From: the human T2T-CHM13v2.0 reference genome, Homo sapiens | Strand: one strand, 5' to 3' | Length of the DNA: 64,000 bases | NCBI RefSeq assembly: GCF_009914755.1 | Contig: NC_060937.1 | Shown: positions 54,499-64,000 of the stretch, piece after piece | Layout: each line of letters begins with the position of its first letter | How positions within the stretch are numbered: the stretch's first letter is position 1 | The notes under the pieces: generated by a model | Database searches by the model: none | Seen by the model: the letters and a program-made list of their open reading frames with translations, nothing else | What the model was told of the DNA's origin: nothing | Made by a program: the position numbers and the translations under genes

Positions 54499-54890
54499 TG
54501 TGGTGAGACAGAACACTCACACAGCAAGCTTTCAGCAAAGCAGCTTTATTACTCACAGATAGGCAGCAAGAGATGGTAGAAGCCTGGGCCCATGGCGGAC
54601 CAGTCCCTCAGGGTTCAGGAAAGCTGCCCAAGGCAGATGGAGTCTTGTCTTTGACACCAAAGGCGTGCCCCTTGGTGGGGGTGGGGGTGGCTGTTTTCGC
54701 TGAGTTAAATAAAGCCTTGCTGGACATCCTGTTCTAGGAAGACGGGAACAGAGCCTAGGCTGTTCTGGTCAGTGCCTCCTTATCTCAGGTTGTCGCATTC
54801 CCAGCACATTCTCCAGTTGTCCTTAGGAACTACCAGTGAGGAGGGGAAGAGCTGGGTCTCCAAGGCCATGCAGACAGTTGTCCTATAGCA
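54499..54890 (-). mobile_element. Probable LTR (family unassigned)
   Basis: Starts with TG, reverse AATAAA (ctttatt ~54545), LTR-like ttatctcagg..gcattcccagcacattc. Confidence 0.4.
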
Positions 54891-55251
54891 CCTTAGAAAA
54901 AGGCTTGTCTCCTTCTTATAGGACCTGGTGAAAGTCCACATGAATTATCAAAACCATCAATATACTGATATTTTTCTGTCAAGTCATAAAACACCAGCCT
55001 CTATGAACAAGTGGTTGAAATCCTGTGACGCTCAGGTCCCTTTCAGCCTGCCTACTCTGCTGCTGCTGGCCCATGACCACAACTTCCTAATAAGGCGTGG
55101 AGGGGTCCTCTCTGCTCCTCACCCACCTTGACTCAGTGCACAGTCACACTCCAGGACGGGCTGCTTGCAATATGGGTCCATTTCTGGGGACCCATTTTTC
55201 TCTTCACTGGGAAACCCTGAGAATTTTCCTTTACTATTGGTCATTATGCTT

Positions 55252-56143
55252 TGTTGAGGAAAAAAGCCAGACTCTGTAAAATATTTGAAAAGGTTTATTC
55301 TGAGCCAAATGTGAGGATCATGACCTGTGACAGCCTCATCAGGTCCTGAGAACATGTGCCCAAGGTGGCTGGGTTACAGCTTGATTTTATGCATTTTGGG
55401 GAGCTAGAAGTTATAGGCAATGGCATAAACCAATACATATAAGGTGTACATTGGTTTGGCCAAGAAAACTGTGACATCTCAAAGTGGGGGCTTCCAAGTC
55501 ATAGGTGGATTCAAAGATTTCCTGATTGACAATTGGTTGAAAAAGTTAAGCTTCACCTGAATTGTTGAAGGCAGCGGGAAGAAATGCATGGGTTAAGATA
55601 AGGGGGATTGTGGAAGCCAAGGTCCTGTTATGTAGATGAAGCCTCCAGGTAGCAGCCTTAGGGAGAATAGATGGTAAATGTCTCTTATCAGAACTTAAAA
55701 GGTGTCAGACTCTTAGTTAATCTCTTGGATCAGGAAAAGACCTGGAAATGGAAGGAGATTCCTTACAGAATGTAAATTTTCCCCACATGAGATGGCTTTG
55801 CAGGGCCATTCCAAAATATGTCAAAAAAATATATTTTGGGGTAAATACTTTGATTACCTTTAGAGCCTGTTATCTGTCATGTGATGCTACACCAGAGCAG
55901 ACTGGAGTTGGGGTCTTATTGCTAAAAAGAGTCTATTTTGTCAGTCTTTGGATCTCTACTTTAATGTTATTGATGGTCAATTGCGCCTAAACATCTAAAG
56001 AGAGAATGTATAATGAGGTATGTCTGACCCCCTCCTTCCTATCATGGCCTGAGCTAGTTTTTCAGTACTTCTTGGAATCCCCTTGGCTGGGAGGGGATCC
56101 ATTCAGTCGGTTGGGGAGCTTATAATTTTATTTTGGGGTTACA
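55252..56143 (-). mobile_element. MER4 (D/E-like) ERV1 solo LTR
   Basis: tgttgagg...tttattctgagccaaat...attttattttggggttaca. TSD GCTT (55248-55251, 56144-56147). Confidence 0.8.
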
Positions 56144-56809
56144 GCTTTCATATGTACAATTACCCAGTTGTGATCACTGTGGGCCATCTGGTGCATGGGG
56201 ACAGCCCTTGCTCCCTCTGGCTCACTGCTGTGTCCCTAGTGCTAGACATACAGTAGATGTTAATAAACGTTGTTGACTACATGCCCTGTACTAAAACTTC
56301 TGGAAACACAGATTTGAATGAGACTTAGTCCCTGTCCTTGAGGAACTCAGGAGGGGAGGAAGGTGTCTGCAGAATTATTTCTAATACAACATGATAAGCT
56401 CTGTTAAGAGCTATCAGTGAGGTTGAGAAGTGGCAGGAAAGAGAAGAGCATCCTTCTCACCAGGTATGAGGGTGACCAAGAAAGACTTCATGAGAGAAAA
56501 GGGTGCTGTCTGCCGTAAAATGTTCATCCATAACTGAAGTAATGCATATGAAAAAAAAAATAATACAGGTGGCAGACATAAATTTCAGGCTCTGTACATA
56601 TGTATAATAAGATATTTTTACTACTATTACCCTTTTCCTCTACTTGAAAATTTGTGGCAGTTTACAACAGTGATCACGAAATGCCAATCTGTGGACTGGC
56701 AGAAGCACGATCCCAGAAGGCAGGACCTGGGTATCTAATCTGCATGTGTAAATAACCAGCTCTAAGGAGGATGTGATATACCACCCAGTGTGGGGACTGC
56801 TGGGTATGG

Positions 56810-57000
56810 CAGTGGTTCTTACACTGAAGCATGCACTGGAGTCACTTGGAGGCTTATTAACATGCAGGTGGCTGTTTCCCACCCTCAGAAGTTCTGATTC
56901 AGGGAGTCTGGGATGGGACCAAGAATTCGCATTTCTCACAAATTCTCAGGGGATGCTGCTGCTACTGTTGCTGGTCTGTGGCACACTCTGAGAATCACTG
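56810..57000. mobile_element. MER5A
   Basis: TIRs cagtggttct... and ...agaatcactg; gaattcgcatttctcacaaattctcagg. Confidence 0.75.
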
Positions 57001-57011
57001 GTGTATAGTAA

Positions 57012-57346
<335 letters not shown>

Positions 57347-57351
57347 CGTGG

Positions 57352-57637
57352 TTCTTCTTTTTCTTCTCCTTCCTCTTTCTCCTTCTCCTCTTCCTCCTTC
57401 TCCTCTTCCTCCTCCTCCTCTTCTGCTTCCTCCTCTTCTTCTTTCTTCTTCTCCTTCCTACTCTTCCTCTTCTTCTCTTTCTTCCCTTTCTTCCCCCTCC
57501 TCCTTCATCTTCTTCTTCTTCCTCTTCCTCCTCCTCCTCCTCTTATTCTTCTCCTCCTTCTTCTTCTCCTCCTTTTTCTTCTTCCTTTTCTCCTTCTCTT
57601 TCTCCTTTTTCCTTTTCTTCTTTCTTCTTCCTTTTTT
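57352..57637. repeat. ~290-bp polypyrimidine (CT-rich) low-complexity tract
   Basis: (CTT)/(CCT)/(TTC) runs, almost purine-free. Lies at the tail of the adjacent AluJ (57638-57919, minus strand). Confidence 0.95.
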
Positions 57638-58049
57638 GAGACAGGATCTTGCTCTTTCAGCCAGGCTGGAGTGCAGTGGTGCCATCAGAGCTCACTGCAG
57701 CCTTGAACTCTTGAGCTTAAGCCATCCTCCCACCTCAGCCTCCCAAGTAGCTGGGTCTACAGGCACACACTGCCAAGCCCAGCTAATTTTTAATTTTTCT
57801 GTAGAGATAGGGTCTTCCTATGTTGCCCAGGATAGTGTGTGAACTCCTGGGCTCAAGAGATCCTCCCACATCAGCCTCCCAAAGTGGCTGGGATGAGAGG
57901 TGTGAGCCACCACACCTGGTTTCTTGGTGCTTCTGAGGAACACAGCATTCCACATAAATGACTTATCTGGATAACTAAAGTTTATCTCTCCAAATGCCAA
58001 ATCTTTGTTTCTTTAGGTCATATTAAAAGAACATTTACTGAAATAAATT

Positions 58050-58265
58050 TTCCACTTCTTTGCTTTCTTTTTTTCTTTTATTGATACATAATATTTTATA
58101 TATTTATGGGGTACATGCGAGTGTTTGTTACCTGCATAGAATGTGTGATGATCAAGTCAGGGCATTTGGGTTCTTCAACACCTTGAATGTTTGTCATTTC
58201 TATGTGTTAGTATCATTTCAAGTCCTCTCTAGTTATTTTGAAATATACACAATATTGTTGCTAAC
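58050..58265 (-). mobile_element. L1MA 3' end fragment
   Basis: tatatttatggggtacatg...gatcaagtcagggcatttggg. Confidence 0.65.
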
Positions 58266-59332
58266 ACTTCTTTGCTTTCTTAACCAGAGGATTCTGAACA
58301 CCACTGAATCCTTTCCCGATGACTCCGGATTATTCTAATGCACATCCATTATGGTTCTGCACAGTAATACATAGGGTGGGTATTTAAACCATTTAACACC
58401 AGACAGCATGAGGTCACACCAGTGAACACAGACTCTTGCTGTAACGGTGCAGAAAGGTTCTTGGGCCTCCTATGCTGTGGCAGTTACTGGCTTACGGGAA
58501 GGCCTTGAGGGTTGTGGGAAAGGGTCTGAGAAGGCCGGCATTGTGGGACCACAGAAGGCCTTGGGACAGTGGCTATTTATCACTATGTGGAAGCATTTTG
58601 ATATTTCAACAACAGGAAGGATGTATTATGCATGTCAGCCCTGAATACACATTGGTTCTGTGACTGCCCACTTAACAGGAAGTTTTTGTCTAGTGTTTCT
58701 TTATTACCAAGTCTTGGGGAATCATTTATAGCTAACTTCTTCTCTTCATTCGTAGAATAACTGCCAGGCACTCTGGGTTTAGAGGAAAATGAACCAGATG
58801 TGCAGTGAGTGTGCGGCACAGCTCGGAAATGAGACACGGTCCTTAACTCCTCCGAGACGCAGCACTCTCAGTAAAATTTGAATACATTCTTTTCCTTCCA
58901 GTATTGCAGAATAGTGAGGATAAAAGTGAAAGAGGATGCAAAAGCCCTTTAAAATGTGCCATTTAAAATGAGTATTGGGCAAATGAAAAGGATTGTTATG
59001 ATTTTTACTGAAAGTGTTAAAAAGAAGTGGCATTTCTTAAATATTTTCAACCTGAAATAGTATACTGTAACAAATGCTGATATCAATCGAGTTATAAATT
59101 GAATCTGAAGAAAGAGCTAGCAGCAAGATTACTAATAAATGTTTGTTCTCGGGCTGTGGTAAGAAGGCTCTTGTTTCCTTTAAGTGGCAGCCAAAAGCTT
59201 TTTTTCTCTGAAAATAACCATTTTTCATTATTATTCTCCTGCTTCAAGCTGTTCTTTTTTTTAGCAATGAATACAATCAGGTTAGGTTGTGAGTGACAGA
59301 AATAAGTGCTTGTTGGTTCAGGAGGGAAAAAG

Positions 59333-60047
59333 CAGTAGATGTGTCCAGTATTCATGGGGTGCACATTCCAAGACACCCAGTAGGTACCGGAAACCTCGGA
59401 TGGTACCGAAATCTATAAACACTATGCTTCTTCCTGCACATACATACCTATGATAAAGTTTAATTTATAAATTAGGCACAGTAAGAGATTAATAACAACA
59501 ATAATAAAATAGAACAATGATAATAATATACCAACATCACTACTGTTGTGCTTTGGGGCTATTATTATTTAGAGAAAAGGTTTCACTCTGTCGCCCAGGC
59601 TGGAGTGCAGTGGCATGATCATAGCTCTCTATAGCCTTGAACTCCTGGGCCCAAACGATCCTCCCTCCTCAGCCTCCCAAAATACAGAATATGGACATGA
59701 GCCACTGCACCCAGCCTGGGGCCATTAGTAAGTCAAATAAGGGCTACTTGAATCCTAGCACTGTGATACCACGACAGTCAATCCACCAAGAAGACTCCTA
59801 AGTGACTAAATGGGCTGGCTGGGAGCATCCTTATCGTGAATTCGCTGGATAAGGGGATGATTCACACCCTAGGTGGGAAGGAGCAGGATGGTGCGAGATT
59901 TCATCATGCCACTCAGAACAGCATGCAGTTTAAAACTTATGAGTTGTTTATTTCTGGAATTTTTCATTTAATATTTTCAGGCCATGGTTGACTGCAAGGA
60001 ACTGAGACTGCAGAAAGCAAAACGGTGGGTCAAGGCGGCTCTTGTAT
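59333..60047. mobile_element. MER44 (Tigger7-derived) fossil with an inserted Alu arm (~59570-59716)
   Basis: tacctatgataaagtttaatttataaattaggcacagtaagag and aaaacttatgagttgtttatttctggaattttt motifs. Confidence 0.7.
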
Positions 60048-60338
60048 ATGAGAGCAAGGTGTCAGACACAAACAGGCTTCATGGACACTTGGCCCTGCGT
60101 GTGTTAGGGTATGAGTATCTTTCTGCATGGATGAAAGGGCAGGATGATTTTAAAGGTCCTTTAAAAATAGCATCGTTTCTTTTCTTCTGTGCTGGTGTGC
60201 CCTGGCACTGGCTCCTGGGTCAGCACCAAATCAAACATATGATTTATTGGTTCAATCTAATTCTTTCTTTGCCTGTTCAGCAGGGTATAGCTGAGTCAGA
60301 CTGGGCTCCAGTGAAAAAGCCCCTCATGGAAATATGGT

Positions 60339-61058
60339 TGCTATAGTTTGAACGTTTGTGTCCCCAGTGCAACAGTATTAAGAGGTGGGGTATTTAGGAG
60401 ATGATTTGGCCCTGAGGGCTCCGCCTTTGAGAATGGGATTAATGCCCTTATGAAAGGGCTTGAGGCAGCAAGTTTGCCCTGTCTTAGTCTGGTTGGGCTG
60501 CTATAATGAAATACCTTAGACTAAGTAATTCATAAGTAATAGAAATTTATTTCCCACAGTTCTGGAGGCTAGGAAGTCCCAGATCAAGGCACAGCCAGAT
60601 TCAGTTTCCGATGAGGTCCCTGTGTCTGCTTCAAAGATGGTGCCTTCTTGCCATGTCATCACATGCAAGAGATAGAAAGGAAAATAGGATGGACTCATTC
60701 CCTGAATCCCTTTTATAAGGGCACCAGTCCTCTCCATGAGAACAGAGACCTCATGACCTAACCATCTCCTACAGGCCCCACCTTTTAATACTGCTGCATT
60801 GGGGATTACATTTCAATACGAACTGTGGAGGGGACACAAGCATTCCGACCACAGCACCTCTTTTTGCCTTTCCACCATGAGAGGACACGGCAAACAAGGC
60901 ACCATCTTGGAAGCAGAGAGCAGCCCTCACCAGACACTGAATCTGCAGGTGCCTTGATCTTGATCTTCCCTGCCTCCATTACTGTGAGACCTAGGTTTCT
61001 ATTTATAAATTACCCAGCCTGTGGTATTTTGTTACAGCGGGAGGAAGAGACTAAGACA
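60339..61058. mobile_element. Nested MaLR LTRs: MSTD/MLT1A-like (+) interrupted by an MST-like LTR (minus strand, 60480-60856)
   Basis: Outer tgctatagtttgaacgtttgtgtcccc...agactaagaca. Inner tgtcttagtc...cattccgaccacagca. Confidence 0.7.
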
Positions 61059-61654
61059 AAGGTCCCAGATGGGTTTGCCTGGGAAAATGGTTGTTCCCAG
61101 GCCAGTCCAGCTTAGTTTATAATATTGAGTTAAATCAGGCTTGGAAAGTACAGCAATGTACTGTGCTAGAGAAAAGTACAGAAAATTCTTTAAAGAGAGA
61201 ATTCAAGTTGAGTTGTGGATCCTATCTCCAGCTTCACTGGGACCTCACTGAATGACCTCGAATACATTTTCAATTCCTCTGCATCCAGACTTTTCATTCT
61301 AGGCCAGCTTTCTAGATCAGGAGATTAGGTGGTTGCCTCTATCTGTGTGGCAGCCATACTTTTTCCAGAACACAATAGGAACATATGGTCTTGAAATATT
61401 TTTTCTAACATATATTTATTTTGAATGGAATGTTGCCTGGCCTGCCAACTTAATTCCTTGGTCCCTCATTGCAGCTATGGCACTTGGAGATCAGTGGTTT
61501 AAAAGAGTAGATGACTCAAAGTTGGGAGTGTCCATGAAAATCCAATGCAGATAGTTGCTATAATCAATACCAAAATTATCGGTTTGCTTTATTTATCCCA
61601 GGTAAGATAAATCCTAGAAGTATGAAGGAGGGAGGGGGCTGCAGGAAGGGATCC

Positions 61655-62990
61655 ATGCATTCATTCACTCATCCATCCATTTGAATGTTTATTGAATACC
61701 TGTTCTATGCCAGACACCGTGTTAAGTGCTGAGGATGTACTGGTGCATTAGGTATAATCCTTGCTCTCATGGAACTTATGGCTCAGTGGGAGACATGGGC
61801 TGATTGGTAAGTGCTTCAGCAGGGAAAGTAGAGGAAGCACACAGGAAAATCACTGAGACTCAGAGGCCAGAGCAGGCTTCCTGAGGGGAGTGGTCTTAAG
61901 ACTGAAGCCTCAGTTATGCAGATAAGGAAGCTGGGGGTGGCAAGCATGACCAAAGCCAAGGTGACCAGAAGCCTGGAGATGTGTGAGAGCTGGGGAGGAG
62001 AGCTGGAAGCATCCACCTGGCTGGCATTTGTGGAGCAAGGCAGAATTGACTGAAAAGCTCAGCCTGGTTAAAGGATTTGAACTTCACCTGCAGGGTGGTG
62101 AAGATCCTTTGGAGGATGTGACCGTGCCACAATGAGATTCACACTTGAGGATTTTGGCCCTGGTTCACCGTGGAGAGTGGCTTGGAGAGTGGTCATAGTG
62201 AGGAAAGCATTCAAGGAGAGGAATAAGTGGGGGAACACCCAGGGGAGTGGCAGTGAGGGTGGTGGGCAGTGGATGTGCATCTGAGAAACTTGATCCATGT
62301 GGAAAGGAGGGAGAAAGAGGAGGCGAGCGTGCTGCTCAGATTTCTGGTTTGCGCAACTGGGTGGGTGCAGAACGCGGGAGGAAGAGCAGGGTTGTGTAGG
62401 GATAATCATTTTTCTTTTTTGGCTGTGCTGATTGAGGTGTCTGTGTGGGGGAGGGCAGGTGTCCAGCAGGCAGCTGGATCTGAGGGTGTGGTGCTGGAAG
62501 GTGAGAGACTGGAGAGTCATCAATGGGCACTCGTGGGAACTGATGTTCTAGTGATGGAAGAGTAGCCCTGGGAACAGGGGAGGCGAGGAAAAAGTGCCCT
62601 GACCAGAATTCGGTGAAACCTCAACATCTAAGGGAGAAGCAGAGAGAGGAAGAGAAAGCTAGAAATGCCACTGAGAAGTGGCCAGAGCGCTGGGGGAAAG
62701 CAGAAGAGGGTGGTCTCTTGGAAGCACAGGGATGGCCGAATTTCAAGTCGAGTGTGCTCAGCAGGGCCAAACGCTGCCGGGCTGGTCAGATGAAGGCTGG
62801 CAAAGGGTGTTTGGGTTCAGCAGCAAGAGGCTGTTGGAGACCTTGATGAGAGCAGCTCCCTGGAAGGCTCAGGACAGAGGCCTGATTACAGTGCAGAAGG
62901 AGAAGAGGAGGGAAGGCGCAGATGCGAAAGTGTAGACAGCACTTTCCAAAAGCTCAGCTTCAAGGGGAGGGATGGGAAGAGGCTGCTGAA
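61655..62990. mobile_element. L2 remnant
   Basis: cattcattca...tttattgaatacc..tatgccagacac 3' motif followed by purine-rich L2-like body. Confidence 0.55.
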
Positions 62991-63782
62991 AAGTTGATCC
63001 GAGTCCAGCAAATGGAGTCCTGAAGAGAAATGGGATCTACCGCATATGATGAGTCATGGATGCCCTTATGTATCCAGTTAAATTAGAATGCACAGACATT
63101 TAGCATTAAAGCCCATCTCCCTTCATTCATTTTTTTCTGGGAGTCCCCCAGGTCTTCTTTCTGAGTATGGCCCACGTATCTCAGCCTCCCAGCAGGTGTA
63201 TCCTCCCTCGCTTCGGACCTCTCTCCTTGGGGTACTCCCAGCGTGCTCTCTTGAGACCCTAAAGAGCTTATGCAGGACCGGCTCCCTGGGCAGCCAGGTA
63301 CTGCCCAAACTTGTAACCTGCCTCTCCAGGAGAGTTTGACAAACCAACAAATAAAGCTCATTCAGGGCCACACCTTCTGGATCATGAGTTTTGAAAAAAT
63401 GGACAAAATCCTAGATATCATGTATTAGAAACAAAGTGTTAAGATATAGCATTATATACACTATTGTGCTATGTTTTTAGGCTAGACAGTGCCTTGCACT
63501 TCAAAGTGCACGTCCTAGGCAGGAACATTCTGGGGGAAATGGAAAAAGCGATTTATCCATAGGCACACAGCCTTCTCTGCTTCCCCTTTAACTCTTTTTT
63601 TATTCTCCCACTCATGTCTTCTCTCAACCTAGCTTCTGGCATGTTGAGTCATTCATCCATTCACTCATTCATTTATTCATTCATCAAAAATATTTTGAGG
63701 ACTCACCTTCCAGGACATGATTGGCACTAAGAACTCAAAGATGGGTAAATCAAGAGTTTTGCCTGATAGGGGCAATATGACC

Positions 63783-64000
63783 TGTTCCAGTGGTCAGGTC
63801 TATGCAAACTTACCCCCAAATTCTGAGGAAGCAGAGACGCTGAAGAAAGAGGTTGACATATACAGTTTCTCAGAAAGAAACATTTAACAGGGACTTACGA
63901 ACAGGAGCCATGCCTCTGTTTCAGGTGGCAGAGAGATGGTGGCATCCCGGTGCTATTATCCTTCAAATCCAGGGCTTACAGACTATAGGGGACTGGTGGT
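63783..64000. mobile_element. Probable ERV LTR, truncated by the window edge
   Basis: Starts with TG; ggtctatgcaaacttacccccaaa...gaaagaaacatttaacagggactt is LTR-like. Confidence 0.4.

Noticed and set aside
57458-57685. Lys/Glu/Arg-rich 75-aa ORF
   Set aside because: Translation of the purine strand of the CT-rich low-complexity tract.

Overview
Human (primate) genomic DNA, recognised as chr13q12. The window runs from the probable 3' end of NUP58 (first ~80 bp, plus a candidate distal terminal exon near 7.2-7.5 kb) through a repeat-dense intergenic stretch. It then covers the CpG-island promoter and coding exon 1 of the P4-ATPase flippase ATP8A2 (ATG 29849, donor after 29924) and ~34 kb of its intron 1. 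Other contents: a full-length ELOB processed pseudogene, a retrocopy made only of the CALR 3'UTR, a 5'-truncated L1PA with a ~750-codon open ORF2 (RT plus CCHC), two convergent HERV-E LTR2 solo LTRs flanking the ATP8A2 promoter, other ERV1/MaLR LTRs, DNA-transposon fossils and roughly 40 Alus including an AluYa5. Nearly all ORFs in the supplied track are Alu, L1 or GC-rich artefacts. I see no convincing new biological system. The best leads are the ATP8A2 uORF stop/restart arrangement, the CALR-UTR retrocopy, the LTR-L1 RT fusion ORF and the CpG-rich ELOB retrocopy. Gene identities and repeat subfamilies are from memory of sequences, not from searches.
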